Below are positions 41,097 through 52,231 of a stretch of 64,000 nucleotides of DNA, one piece after another. The DNA is taken from the NCBI GenBank assembly GCA_963845185.1, contig CAWJRG010000009.1, positions 480,001 to 544,000 on the forward strand. The letters are read 5' to 3'. Position 1 is the stretch's first letter; the number at the start of each line of letters is the position of its first letter. This DNA is from an uncultured bacterium (GTDB lineage Bacteria; Oederibacteriota; PGYV01; CAWJRG01). The notes below the pieces were generated by a model that did no database searches, was not told the origin of the DNA, and was given only the letters and a program-made list of their open reading frames with translations. The position numbers and the translations under genes were made by a program.

Positions 41097-44000
41097 ATGA
41101 AAAAAAGACTGGTTGTTTTTGTTATGCTTATCCTGATTGCCGGGTTTTTCTCCGGGCTTTTACCGGCGGCTTCCATACTGGGAAACATTAAATTAGACCA
41201 TTTTGGATACCGCACAACTGACCAAAAGATAGCATATTTTACAGCCAATCCAGGCAGCAGCGTAGGGGTTTATAATGCCAGCACAAATGCACTTGTTTAT
41301 ACATCTACAAACATAACATCCAAAGGAACAGACACAAGCTCGCCATTGATATCAGGCGATACGCTGTGGTGGGTGGATTTTTCCGGATTTACAACTCCCG
41401 GCACATATTATCTTCTTTCCACAACCCTTAACGAGCAATCCTATAATTTCCAGATTTCAGACTGCATTTATCAGACGCCAATGGCAGCTACTTTAAAGGC
41501 GCTTTATTACCAGAGGTGCGGTACGCCGAAGCCTGCGCAGTACGCGGGTACGAACTGGGCTGACACTACGGCTTGCCACACAGGAGACGCCACCTGTGCG
41601 CCTGCGGCAGGATGCACTTTCCCGAATAACTACGGCACGCTGAATTTAAGCGGCGGCTGGCATGACGCGGGCGATTATAACAAGTACATTGGCACTGATA
41701 CATGCGCAAACTGGGGCGGGGACGGCGGCTCAGCGCTTCACTTTCTTTTGACCGCTTATGAATTGAATCCCAGCCTTTTTCCGGACAATATGTCGAATAT
41801 TCCGGAGTCGGGCAACGGCATTTCAGATTTACTTGACGAATGCAAGTGGGAGCTGGACTGGTATTTGAAGATGCAGATGACCGACAAGCATGTCCTGTCA
41901 GTGGTTCATCAGACGGTATATACCACAGGTTCGCCACCCAGCACAGACACGACAGTGCGGTATTATTATCCGCCAAACCCGACGGGATCAGGCGAAGCCG
42001 AATTCGTGGCAATTCTCTCGAATGCGGCAAGGGTAATGAGCACAGTACCTGCGCTTGCCAGCTACGCTGCGACGCTGAGGACAGCGGCAGAAGCTACATG
42101 GAACGCATATTCGGCAGCCTGGACAGCCAGTGACCAGAAATTCTGGGCAGCAGCAGAGATATTCCGCATGGAGGAGGCCCTTGGTGGGTCATCTACCATA
42201 ATATCAGCGGCGCAGAACATAGTTGATAATTACCAGGCGTGGAACGGTTTGTGGCTCAACGAGGACCAGGAACAGCGGGATTGGGGGATGCTTGCTTATA
42301 TGCAGTCAACCGGCGCAACGGCAAGCGTGGTATCCTACATGCAGGCTGACTGGAGCAACCTGGTAGGCGACGTATTCAATTCAAATGACCTTTATAATTC
42401 AGGCATGCACGAGTATGACTATTACTGGGGTTCAAACGAAGTAAAGATGGATTACGGAATGATTTTAGTGATGGGGGCAAAGCTCGGCCTGACAGGCACT
42501 TATACCGCGGCGCAGTGCTTGCAGCATGCCGAGGATTACATTCACTACATGAATGGCTCAAACCCGATGAACATGGTTTACATGACAAATGCTGCCGCAC
42601 TTGGCGCATCGCACGGAGTATGGCGGGTATACCATTCGTGGTTCGGCAATTACGGAGTTACTTTTTCATTTAATAATTTTATAGGCAAGCCCGCTTCGGT
42701 GACCGATCCTTTATATCCTTATTATTCCGGCACGGATAATTACGGCATCAGTGACAGCGGTACCTCAACATTCGGGCCGCCGCCGGGCATCGTGCCTGAC
42801 GGGCCTACATCCCAGTACTACACCAACAACGGCAAGGCCATACCGCCGCTTTTGACGGGCGGGGCAAGGCCGCCTGATGAAAAAGATTACAGGGACTGGG
42901 ATTATTCGGACCCAAACGGCAACGCCACGATGCCGTGGATAGTGAATGAAACAGGGATTTATTATATTACATCTTACACAATATTGTCTTCTATGTTTGC
43001 TTCTGCCTGCAGCGTTGGGACTGCGACTCCCACATATACCTATACTTCGACAATGACAGGTACACCGACAATGAGCGCGACTACTACTGCAACAAAGACA
43101 CCTACGCCTTCATTTACCAGGACAATCACGCCTACATATACGATTACAATGTCATTTACATGCGTTTGTTTAACAGCTACTTTTACGCCGACATATACAA
43201 TAACAAAAACAGACACACCTACAAACACGCAGACTATAACACCAACATCAACGCCGACTTATACCTATACAAATACCAATACGCCGACATACACGCGGAC
43301 AGATACATATACATACACATTTACGGATACGGTTACAGTGACTGAGACTTATACAAATACAATAACTCCGACATGTACAATAACAATAACATTTACGGTT
43401 GTGATATTTACCGCAACATTCACGCCTACATATACCGCAACCAGGACAAACACTCCAACATATACGATAACATTGACAGACACGCAGACAGCGACACCGA
43501 CATATACAGACACGATGTCGCCTACGCCCACATACACGCGGACAGCGACATATACATACACAGATACAATGACAGATACTTTGACATCAACGCCGACGCG
43601 CACAAACACTTTATCGCCGACATACACGTACACAGTGACATATACATATACAAGCACAGCTACATCAACGCTTACGGCGACAAGGACAAACACAGAGACA
43701 AATACGCCAACAGGAACGCAGACGCAGACTGTGACATCAACGCCGACGTACACAAACACATTATCACCGACATACACGTACACGGTGACATATACATCAA
43801 CCCTTACTGCGACAAGAACAAATACATCGACATATACGGTTACTCTGACATTGACGAACACGCCGCAAAACACGGCAACTTTAACGACGACAGGGACAAA
43901 TACGCCACAAAATACAATAACTTTAACAGCTACAGCTACAAATAGCTGTGCCTGCACAGGGACGCCCACTTATACGGCGACAATTTTTACAGCTACAATT

Positions 44001-44972
44001 ACACCGACATATACAGTGTCACCGACTATTACTTTGACAGACACAACATCGCCTACAACAACGGATACACCAACAGAAACTGTAACATTGACAGATACAC
44101 TAACATGGAGCCCCACTTATACGCCTACATTGACAAATACAGTGACGTTCACGGGTACAGAGACAGGCACAAATACGCCTTCGCTTACAGAAACATTTAC
44201 TTTAACAGCAACAATTACATCCACAGCAACCAATACAGAGTTTGTATCAGAAACACCTACTTATACATCAACGATTTTTACTGACACAATTACGCCGACA
44301 ATAACAATAACACTGACAATAACAGCAACGGATACGCCGGTAGATACAGCAACAGATACACCTACGGTAAGTGCCACGTGCACCGTGCCAAGTGCCACGT
44401 CAACTGTGACGCCAAGCGCCACACAGTCAGACACGCCGGTTAATACAGCAACGGATACTCCAGTTAACACAGCAACAGACACCCCGGGTAATACAGCGAC
44501 AAACACACCTACTGTAAGTGCCACGTGTACCATGCCGAGTGCCACGCTAACAATAAGTGCCACGTCAACCATGACGCCGAGCGCTACGCAGTCAAATACG
44601 CCGGTGCCGCCTGGTTTGACAGTAACAAATACGCTGACAGTTGTGCCGACAGGAGTGCTGGCAATAGGGCCGATAAAGCCGTACCCGAACCCGATTAACC
44701 CTGTAATAATTCCTGTATTAAGAATCTCAATAAATATAACAGGGGATGCGGACAGGATAACACTTAAGATTTATACTTGCGCATACAGGCTGATCAGGGA
44801 GCAGGTATTTGAGGGCGCGGACGCACAACAAATAGTTGAAGACGGGATTATACAATATAACAGCGACAACCTGAAAGACCTCGGCGCAGGGACATATTAC
44901 TATGTGGTGATGGCGGAAAAAGGCGGGGTAAAAGTAAGATCAAGGGTGGATAAGATTATAATACTTAAATAG
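41097..44972 (+). CDS. Secreted glycoside hydrolase family 9 with N-terminal Ig-like domain, very long Thr-rich linker and sorting-like CTD
   Basis: LKALYYQRCG, GGWHDAGDYNKY, WELDWYLKMQ, WGSN, NE near the end of the catalytic domain; PYPNP...IIILK. Confidence 0.87.
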   Translation: MKKRLVVFVMLILIAGFFSGLLPAASILGNIKLDHFGYRTTDQKIAYFTANPGSSVGVYNASTNALVYTSTNITSKGTDTSSPLISGDTLWWVDFSGFTTPGTYYLLSTTLNEQSYNFQISDCIYQTPMAATLKALYYQRCGTPKPAQYAGTNWADTTACHTGDATCAPAAGCTFPNNYGTLNLSGGWHDAGDYNKYIGTDTCANWGGDGGSALHFLLTAYELNPSLFPDNMSNIPESGNGISDLLDECKWELDWYLKMQMTDKHVLSVVHQTVYTTGSPPSTDTTVRYYYPPNPTGSGEAEFVAILSNAARVMSTVPALASYAATLRTAAEATWNAYSAAWTASDQKFWAAAEIFRMEEALGGSSTIISAAQNIVDNYQAWNGLWLNEDQEQRDWGMLAYMQSTGATASVVSYMQADWSNLVGDVFNSNDLYNSGMHEYDYYWGSNEVKMDYGMILVMGAKLGLTGTYTAAQCLQHAEDYIHYMNGSNPMNMVYMTNAAALGASHGVWRVYHSWFGNYGVTFSFNNFIGKPASVTDPLYPYYSGTDNYGISDSGTSTFGPPPGIVPDGPTSQYYTNNGKAIPPLLTGGARPPDEKDYRDWDYSDPNGNATMPWIVNETGIYYITSYTILSSMFASACSVGTATPTYTYTSTMTGTPTMSATTTATKTPTPSFTRTITPTYTITMSFTCVCLTATFTPTYTITKTDTPTNTQTITPTSTPTYTYTNTNTPTYTRTDTYTYTFTDTVTVTETYTNTITPTCTITITFTVVIFTATFTPTYTATRTNTPTYTITLTDTQTATPTYTDTMSPTPTYTRTATYTYTDTMTDTLTSTPTRTNTLSPTYTYTVTYTYTSTATSTLTATRTNTETNTPTGTQTQTVTSTPTYTNTLSPTYTYTVTYTSTLTATRTNTSTYTVTLTLTNTPQNTATLTTTGTNTPQNTITLTATATNSCACTGTPTYTATIFTATITPTYTVSPTITLTDTTSPTTTDTPTETVTLTDTLTWSPTYTPTLTNTVTFTGTETGTNTPSLTETFTLTATITSTATNTEFVSETPTYTSTIFTDTITPTITITLTITATDTPVDTATDTPTVSATCTVPSATSTVTPSATQSDTPVNTATDTPVNTATDTPGNTATNTPTVSATCTMPSATLTISATSTMTPSATQSNTPVPPGLTVTNTLTVVPTGVLAIGPIKPYPNPINPVIIPVLRISINITGDADRITLKIYTCAYRLIREQVFEGADAQQIVEDGIIQYNSDNLKDLGAGTYYYVVMAEKGGVKVRSRVDKIIILK

Positions 44973-44981
44973 GGGGATTGA

Positions 44982-47192
44982 TTGAAAAAATATCTTTTAA
45001 TTATGTCAATTGTTTTTACAACCCTGCAAATGTTCAATTTTAATCTTTCAGCTGCCTGCACAAAAAGGCTGCTGGCGTATTACCCGTACTGGAACTCTAA
45101 TTACAGGTCAGACAAACTGCAATTCTCAAAAATAACCCATGTCATCCATGCCTTTGCGGAACCGAATACAGACGGCACGCTTTACCTGGATCCGGGGCCG
45201 CCGCCTTTGCTTGAGCCCGCGCTTATAACAAGCGCGCACTCAAACGGGGTATATGTGCTTATCTCAATAGGAGGGGCATCCACTGCAGGGCAGCCGCCTG
45301 ATTCCACATTCAGGACAATATCGCAAAGCGCCGCATTAAGGACAGCTTTCGCAAATAATATTGTCACATTCTGCACAACATACGGCTACGACGGGGTGGA
45401 CATTGACTGGGAAATGCCGGGCGCAATGGACCCTACTGACCCCGGAGCCACAGACAAGGCAAATTTTGACCTGATGATACAGGCAATAAGGACGGCTTTT
45501 AATTCCGCGCCTGCGCCTGCCTTGTCGCCTACATGGCTCATATCAATAGCCACCTCGTGCGACAACTGGGGCGCGCAGTGGCTGGATTACCCGACGCTGA
45601 ACAACTACGTGGACTTTTACAATGACATGACATACGACATGCACGGAAGCTGGAACAACACAATGGGGTATAACGCGCCGCTTTTCCAGGGCAACTACGC
45701 TGAAGACAATTTGTGCGGCCAGACTGCAATGGACTATATGCTCACCACAAGGGGAGTGCCCGCGGTAAAAGTAAACATGGGCATACCGTTTTACGGGTAT
45801 TATTTTCCTGGAGGGAACACGCTTTTTTATACATGCGGCAACTGCAACGCTACGGAAGAAAACTACAACGCAATACAGCCCCTGATAGGAAACGGCTGGA
45901 CATACCACTGGGACGCCGCTTCTGATGTGCCGTACCTGATAATAAACAGCGGGGACGGGATTTATTCTTATGACGACCCGCAGTCAGTTGGGCTCAAGGC
46001 CGATTACGCGCTGAATACCAGGAACGTGGGCGGCATTTTTATGTGGGATGTGTCAGAGGACTACATGGGGCCGTCAAATGAGCCGCTTCTGGACGCGATG
46101 TACTCCAAGTTCAGCGCGTTCTGCGCCAACGCCTCGCCGACTTTTACGCCTGTTGTTTCGCCTTCGGCGAGCGCCACGAACACTGCGACAAGCACATATA
46201 CAAAGACTTCTACCGCTACAAGCACACCAACGATTACAAAGACGCCTACGATAACATATACGGCGACATGCCCGTGTTATTGCGCAACGATGACGCCTAC
46301 TTTTACGATTACAAGAACCGCCACTTTGACAAACACTGTTACCAATACAGGCACATACACGGCGACTTACACTTATACCTGTACAAAAACACCAACACCA
46401 ACATATACAATAACTATGTCGCTTACGTCGGGCATAATCATCACTATGACAGTGACTGCGACATTTACCGGCACATGCACAGAAACCCGGACCCAGACAA
46501 TCACAGCTACCTATACAAACACATGCGGGGCCTGTATTACTGCGTCCTATACGCTTACGCCATCGCCGACCGCTCCAATGACAGGAACACCTACATTTAC
46601 CACAACTCTTTCATATACGCAGACAATCACACCGCAAGATACGGCTACAGCGAGTGTGACATGCACCGTGCTGAGTGCGACGTTAACTGCAAGCTTAACG
46701 CTAACTGCAACAACAACCACAAGTGCCACGCCAACAGAAAGCCCAACGGTCAATGTTCAAAGTTCAATGACTAATACTGCAACGGCAACAGCTACTGCGA
46801 CGTTAACTGCGACAAATGTTATTGGGACAGATACACCTACGCCTACATTCACAGTCACGCCGACAATGCCACCCTGCATGTGCGGCCATAATTATGTCAA
46901 AAAAATATATCCGAATCCGTACAACCCAAAACTGGGAAATCCGTTACGAATTACCGATTTTTATTCGTGGGATGGTTATATTGATTTGAAAATATACACA
47001 CTGGCATTCAGGCTGGTCAAAGAGTTAAAATATAAGACCTCAGAACAGACATATGAAACCGGAATCTTACAATGTGACAGCAGTAATTTTATCAGCCTTG
47101 CCGCCGGCAGCTACTATTATAAAGTTACGCTTGAAGGAAATGACCTGGAAGCAAAATATATGTGGGACGGCATGTTTATTATCCTGAAATAA
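44982..47192 (+). CDS. Secreted glycoside hydrolase family 18 (chitinase-like) with Thr-rich linker and sorting-like CTD
   Basis: SIGG, DGVDIDWE catalytic motif, MTYDMHGSW, MGIPFYG, SYDDPQS, GGIFMW; TTG start. Confidence 0.88.
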   Translation: MKKYLLIMSIVFTTLQMFNFNLSAACTKRLLAYYPYWNSNYRSDKLQFSKITHVIHAFAEPNTDGTLYLDPGPPPLLEPALITSAHSNGVYVLISIGGASTAGQPPDSTFRTISQSAALRTAFANNIVTFCTTYGYDGVDIDWEMPGAMDPTDPGATDKANFDLMIQAIRTAFNSAPAPALSPTWLISIATSCDNWGAQWLDYPTLNNYVDFYNDMTYDMHGSWNNTMGYNAPLFQGNYAEDNLCGQTAMDYMLTTRGVPAVKVNMGIPFYGYYFPGGNTLFYTCGNCNATEENYNAIQPLIGNGWTYHWDAASDVPYLIINSGDGIYSYDDPQSVGLKADYALNTRNVGGIFMWDVSEDYMGPSNEPLLDAMYSKFSAFCANASPTFTPVVSPSASATNTATSTYTKTSTATSTPTITKTPTITYTATCPCYCATMTPTFTITRTATLTNTVTNTGTYTATYTYTCTKTPTPTYTITMSLTSGIIITMTVTATFTGTCTETRTQTITATYTNTCGACITASYTLTPSPTAPMTGTPTFTTTLSYTQTITPQDTATASVTCTVLSATLTASLTLTATTTTSATPTESPTVNVQSSMTNTATATATATLTATNVIGTDTPTPTFTVTPTMPPCMCGHNYVKKIYPNPYNPKLGNPLRITDFYSWDGYIDLKIYTLAFRLVKELKYKTSEQTYETGILQCDSSNFISLAAGSYYYKVTLEGNDLEAKYMWDGMFIILK

Positions 47193-47339
47193 TGTAAATA
47201 AATGCAGGACAGGACAGGGATTTTTCCAAAATATTATTGACAGGGGATAGTGGCGGGTGTATCTTGTATACACAATGAAGCCTACGAATGGAGGATATAT
47301 AATGACGGCGTTCAGGTTTACAAACAAGGGGGTGAAGCT

Positions 47340-47552
47340 ATGAAAATACCAATCTCTGAAATCATCGAGGACCCGAATAACCCAAGGAAAATCATCACAG
47401 ACGCCATGGTGGCCCGGACAGCCGCGTCCATGTCGGCAGGCGGCCTGAAAAACGCTATAAAAGTTCAAGGTTCAAAGCTCAATGCTCAAGGTAAAGAACC
47501 GGTTTACTGGCTGATTTCAGGGCACATCAGGCTGCTGGCAGCGAAGATTTAA
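47340..47552 (+). pseudogene. ParB/Srx-like N-terminal domain fragment (70 aa)
   Basis: MKIPISEI..DPNNPRK...GLKNAIKV...YWLISGHIRLLAAK, then stop. Confidence 0.6.
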
Positions 47553-47886
47553 ATAAATTGATAGAAACATTAGATTATATTGAAGAAGACTTAAAGATTC
47601 CCGGAAAGGAAATAATATTAGATAAAAATATTATGTCACCGCGTCATCATTAATTATTAAAGTTGATGAAATACCTAAATATAAAAGTAAATATGCAAAA
47701 TTAGCGAATATGATTTATAAAATATTTAAAAGACGCAATTTAACATTGCCTCAATCATTATTAAATTGGAAAATTAAAATACAGGAAGATACTTTGCCTG
47801 AAGTAAGACGGCAATGGGAAGAATAAATAAGTTTTAAAATATATAATAATTACTTGCATTTACTGTAAGAGGAGAGTTTTATCATA

Positions 47887-48297
47887 AAAATCGCAATCTC
47901 AAAGATTCGTCTCAACCCGAACAATCCACGTCATGTGATAATAAAAATGACTGGGGACAGACCTTACCTTTCGGCAAGCTCAGGACTATGCTTGTTGCGG
48001 AGTTTTCGGCTTAATTAGCTTCAAAATGGCAAAGGGATGAAGGACTAAAAGATGCAAGTGATTATTGCAATAGCGGTTTTAATATTATCCGGCCTTACAT
48101 TTTTACTCCCACTCCGCGAAAACCCGCCAGTAGAGGCGGGATTGGATAGCGCTACGGCACCACTTGTGCTGATAAGGCCAGCACTGGAACGGGTGCTTGA
48201 TCTCGTAATATTTTGCCTTCGCTGATAAGCTCGACAAAATAAACAATATCAAGGGATGGAGCGTATTAAAAAAATTTTACGGCATAAAAAACCAATA
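47887..48297 (+). repeat. Direct repeat copy 1 (316 bp identical to 52232-52547, then ~95 bp diverged); includes structured element copy C (48157-48253)
   Basis: Compared base by base; offset 4345 bp. Confidence 0.9.
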
Positions 48298-48520
48298 ATG
48301 CCGCAATTTGCAAGTTTTCCAATCGCGGCAAAGGAGCTTTGGGCGGACGTAAAGAGCGGAGGATTAGAAGGATAGAGGATTGGAGGCTTGGCAAAGGCGG
48401 CGTTCTTAGCAAGCAGAAAGTGCCTATAAAATAAGGCTTGATTTTCGGTTGGGAGTTTGATACTATTAAAAATATAATTACGTTGGTATTGAAATCCATA
48501 CTGAAAAGGAAGGTGATTTT

Positions 48521-49924
48521 ATGGAAGAGTTTTATAAATTGTGGATGGCAGGGCTCCAGAAGCTTATGGAGCGTTATATATATGACGCTTCGGGTTTGCC
48601 GTATCCTGCGCGCGACGATTTTGACCTGCTGAAGCAAAGAGTGGAAAGGTTGCTTGCAGGCAGTTTATCCGAGAATGAAAAAATAACGGTATTAACAGGG
48701 CTGCGCGGGACCGGGAAAACCACTATCCTGGCCCAGTTGTTCGTGCTGGCCGCGGAAAAAAGAACGCGGGCGCTTTACATAGATGCCGGAAGGCTGGAAC
48801 TCGAGGGATTGAACCTCAACATGTTCCTGAAGAAATGGGAGGATGACGCTTCTTTTCTCGCGGAACACCCGGTCAGAAAAACCCTGCTGCTCATAGACGA
48901 GGTCCACTACGATGAAAACTGGGGGCTTTTCCTTAAAACAATTTTTGACAGGAACAAGGGAAACGCGGATTTAATGGTTGTCGCCACAGGATCCTCCGCC
49001 CTGAAGATTAAGATTAATCCCGACCTGGGCAGGAGGGCAATGTTCAAGGAAATACTCCCGCTTCATTTCCGCGAATACGCGAGAATATACGGCGTGAACC
49101 AGGACACGGCCGCGCCGGAGGCTTCTTTTATCATTACTTCCGGCGACGCGGACAGCGCGCGGCAAAAAGCGCTGGATATATCCGCCGGCGTAAAAAAATA
49201 TTTTTCAGGGCTGCCTTCCGGGGCGGCGGACAGGTATTTTACATCAGGCGGGCTGCCTGTTTTCAAGCACATAAACGAGCCGCTGCTCATGAACAGCGCG
49301 ATAAAGAATATTGTGGAAAGCGTAATAGCCAGGGACATAACCGCGATGAAAGGATACAAGGCGCAGGCGCTTTCCAAACTGTACAGCCTCGCGTGCCTTA
49401 TAGCGGAGTCCGAAAAAATAACCCTTGAAAAACTTGCCTCCAGCCTGAACCTCGGAGACAACAGGACGCTTTACGGCCTGATTGAGGGTTTTGCCATGAG
49501 CGGCCTGATCTATCCGGTCAAAAGCTACGGCAGAAGGCACCATCAGGCCAGAAAAACGCCGAAACTGCTTTTTTCCCATCCTTTGTTCAGGGAAGCCCTG
49601 CTTGAAGGCATGGTTCCCACGAGAGTGGCTGGAAGAAAATACGAGGAAATATTCGCGGCGGCTTTCCGCAGGAGCTTTGGCGAAAATTCCGGAGCGGAGA
49701 TATTCTATGATTCGGCTGAAGGCGGAGCCGACTTCATAGTCAGAAGGCCGGACAGGACAAAGATAACAGTCGAAGTGTCGGCGGCAAAAGAAGACACGGG
49801 CCAGATAAAGAAAACAATCAAAAAATCAGATTCTGTGTATGGTGTCTTATTAGGCGCAAAAGACATAGAACTGGTTGAAAAAAATATCGTGAAAATACCG
49901 ATTCAGTATTTGATGATCATGTAA
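48521..49924 (+). CDS. AAA+ ATPase (AAA_14 / DUF4143-type) with C-terminal PD-(D/E)xK-like motif
   Basis: GLRGTGKTT, LLIDEVHY, ATGSS, GGLP, K..KL.F, ADFIV...VEVS. Confidence 0.8.
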   Translation: MEEFYKLWMAGLQKLMERYIYDASGLPYPARDDFDLLKQRVERLLAGSLSENEKITVLTGLRGTGKTTILAQLFVLAAEKRTRALYIDAGRLELEGLNLNMFLKKWEDDASFLAEHPVRKTLLLIDEVHYDENWGLFLKTIFDRNKGNADLMVVATGSSALKIKINPDLGRRAMFKEILPLHFREYARIYGVNQDTAAPEASFIITSGDADSARQKALDISAGVKKYFSGLPSGAADRYFTSGGLPVFKHINEPLLMNSAIKNIVESVIARDITAMKGYKAQALSKLYSLACLIAESEKITLEKLASSLNLGDNRTLYGLIEGFAMSGLIYPVKSYGRRHHQARKTPKLLFSHPLFREALLEGMVPTRVAGRKYEEIFAAAFRRSFGENSGAEIFYDSAEGGADFIVRRPDRTKITVEVSAAKEDTGQIKKTIKKSDSVYGVLLGAKDIELVEKNIVKIPIQYLMIM

Positions 49925-50035
49925 AGGGGAGGTTTGCCATGAAAATCGTATTTAAAACAATTCTCAATGAAAAATTGTCAATTATCAATGAAAAATGCTG
50001 TAAGATAAATAAAATAATAACAAAGGTGGAATATC

Positions 50036-50857
50036 ATGAATATAAAGTCCAAACAAAAATTAACAGACCCGGATTTTTACATTCCCACTAACAAGGCATT
50101 CTGGGAAAAGATGGTCAAAGAAGAATGCGGGTTTACGAAGCCGTGGCTGGATTTGGACACTAAAATCCTTAAAAAACTCGCCAATGGTAAGTTGAAAAAT
50201 CCACCTGCACCGCTGAATGATATATATCCTGTCAGCATATTCAGAGGTCTTAAAAATAAAAATGTTTTATGCCTTGCGTCAGGAGGCGGGCAGCAATCAG
50301 CGGTTTTCGGCCTGCTCGGCGCAAAGGTAACGGTTGTGGATATCACAGGGGGCCAGCTGGAAGCGGACAGGAAAGCAGCCGCGCATTATGTTTATCGGGT
50401 CAGGACAATCTGGGGCGATATGAATGACCTTTCAATGCTTAAAGCCGGTTCATTTGACCTGGTTTACCAGGCGCCTTCCATGGGCTATGTGCCGGACGTG
50501 GAAAAGGTCTATAAGCAGGTTTATCGCGTGCTGAAAAAAGGCGGATTGTACCGGGCTGATGCCCAGAATCCGCAATCGCAGTTCATCTATGAATCCTCAT
50601 GGGACGGCAAAGGATACCGCATTACCGTGCCGTATGCAGTAAAAGCCATGCAAAGGGCGGAGGATGAAAAAGTGATTGAGTACCGCCATTACCTGGATGA
50701 GATTTTCAACGGGCTTGTTGACTGCGGATTTGTGATCGAGCATGTCGAAGAAATGCCAAAGGGCCTCTACCAGAAAAAGAATGCCAGGCCTGGAAGCTGG
50801 GAGCATTCTTTATTGTACATTCCGGGGTGTTTTGCAATATTAGCGAGGAAAAGTTAG
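50036..50857 (+). CDS. Class I SAM-dependent methyltransferase
   Basis: VLCLASGGGQQ, VTVVD, GDM, FDLV, RVLKKGG. Confidence 0.85.
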   Translation: MNIKSKQKLTDPDFYIPTNKAFWEKMVKEECGFTKPWLDLDTKILKKLANGKLKNPPAPLNDIYPVSIFRGLKNKNVLCLASGGGQQSAVFGLLGAKVTVVDITGGQLEADRKAAAHYVYRVRTIWGDMNDLSMLKAGSFDLVYQAPSMGYVPDVEKVYKQVYRVLKKGGLYRADAQNPQSQFIYESSWDGKGYRITVPYAVKAMQRAEDEKVIEYRHYLDEIFNGLVDCGFVIEHVEEMPKGLYQKKNARPGSWEHSLLYIPGCFAILARKS

Positions 50858-50889
50858 ACGGATTGGCAAAGTAAACAATATAATATCAA

Positions 50890-50984
50890 GTACCTCTTGT
50901 CCCTTCGGGACTGGAACGGGTACATGCTAGCGTAATATTTTGTCTACGCTGGTAAGCTTGACAAAATAAACGCTATCAAGGGAG
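50890..50984 (+). ncRNA. Two-hairpin structured element, copy D, directly upstream of the HAD gene RBS
   Basis: GTACCTCTTGTCC-CTTCG-GGACTGGAACGGGTAC; TAGCGT-AAT-ATTTTGTC...GACAAAAT-AA-ACGCTA; then GGGAG. Confidence 0.55.
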
Positions 50985-50992
50985 TATAAATA

Positions 50993-51673
50993 ATGAACCT
51001 TGTTGTTTTTGATATTGATGGGACATTAATCAAATACCATAGGAAAATGAATGACCGGGCTTATGTAAATGCCATTAAAGATGTTTTTGGGATAACGATA
51101 CAGGACAACCCGGAAAGCTGGTCGGAATACCACAGCTCTACGGATTCCGGTATACTTCAGGAAATCATTGAAAAGAACATGGGGCGTTCATGCACGCCAG
51201 CAGATATAATTGAATTTAAAAAGAGCATGGCTTCGTGGCTTGACAGGGAATACGGGAGAGAGCCTTTTGAAAGCATGATTGGCGCAAAAGAATGCCTGAA
51301 AAAGTTATCAAATACTCACGGCTGGTTCACAGCTATAGCAACAGGAAACTGGCGTGTTTCGGGGCGGTACAAGCTAAAAAACGCAGGGCTTGACTGCCGG
51401 AACATGCCGATGGCTTCAGCCGAGGACGGGCTGTCGCGCGAGATAATCATGAAAATAGCTCTCGAGGAGTCTATGAAAAAATCCAGGGTAAAGAAGTTTA
51501 AAAAGATTGTTTATGTTGGAGACTGGATATGGGATGTAAAAGCTGCGGATGCCCTTGGATGGGAATTTATCGGAATTGCTTCCGGCAAGGAAAAGAAAGC
51601 CCTTTTAGAAGCCGGGGCAAAACATATATTGCCTGATTTTAAAGAAATGATAAGATTGTTGAATAAAATGTGA
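50993..51673 (+). CDS. HAD-superfamily hydrolase
   Basis: VFDIDGTL, ATGN, YVGD..WD..AA. Confidence 0.88.
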   Translation: MNLVVFDIDGTLIKYHRKMNDRAYVNAIKDVFGITIQDNPESWSEYHSSTDSGILQEIIEKNMGRSCTPADIIEFKKSMASWLDREYGREPFESMIGAKECLKKLSNTHGWFTAIATGNWRVSGRYKLKNAGLDCRNMPMASAEDGLSREIIMKIALEESMKKSRVKKFKKIVYVGDWIWDVKAADALGWEFIGIASGKEKKALLEAGAKHILPDFKEMIRLLNKM

Positions 51674-51686
51674 AGGTGAAAATTAT

Positions 51687-52202
51687 ATGGATGAATCACT
51701 TGAAAATCTCATACAGGAAATAAACAGCAGGCAAAAGACGCTTTTTATTTTATGCGGGATGCCGTATTCGGGCAAAACATATATTGCCGAAAAGATTCTC
51801 AAAAGCACCAAATGCGCGTATGTAAGTATTGATGAGATTTTTAAGGCGCATGGATTTGACTGGAGTTCAAACAAGATTCCTGACGAAAAAGCATGGGCAA
51901 GCATTTTTGGCATAGCGTCAGCCAGGTCAAGAATGGCACTGGAAGATTCATTGAATGTTTTATACGATTCCACAAACCATACACGGCAAAGCAGGGATGA
52001 TTTGCGCAGGATAGCCGGAGAATCCGGCGCTGATGCGGCTGTTATTTATGTCGAAGTCCCTGTGCCGAAGATATATGAAAGGTGGGAGGAAAACAAATCC
52101 GGCAAAAGCCGCTCGATAATAGATAAGAATCTTCTGGATATGACAATCAAGGCTTTTGAGCCTCCGGCTGAAGATGAAAAAATTATAATAATAAAAAATT
52201 AA
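51687..52202 (+). CDS. P-loop kinase (AAA_33-like)
   Basis: GMPYSGKT, SID, YDSTN...R, FEPP. Confidence 0.8.
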   Translation: MDESLENLIQEINSRQKTLFILCGMPYSGKTYIAEKILKSTKCAYVSIDEIFKAHGFDWSSNKIPDEKAWASIFGIASARSRMALEDSLNVLYDSTNHTRQSRDDLRRIAGESGADAAVIYVEVPVPKIYERWEENKSGKSRSIIDKNLLDMTIKAFEPPAEDEKIIIIKN

Positions 52203-52231
52203 TAGAAAATTTAAGGGGAGGTTTTACCATG

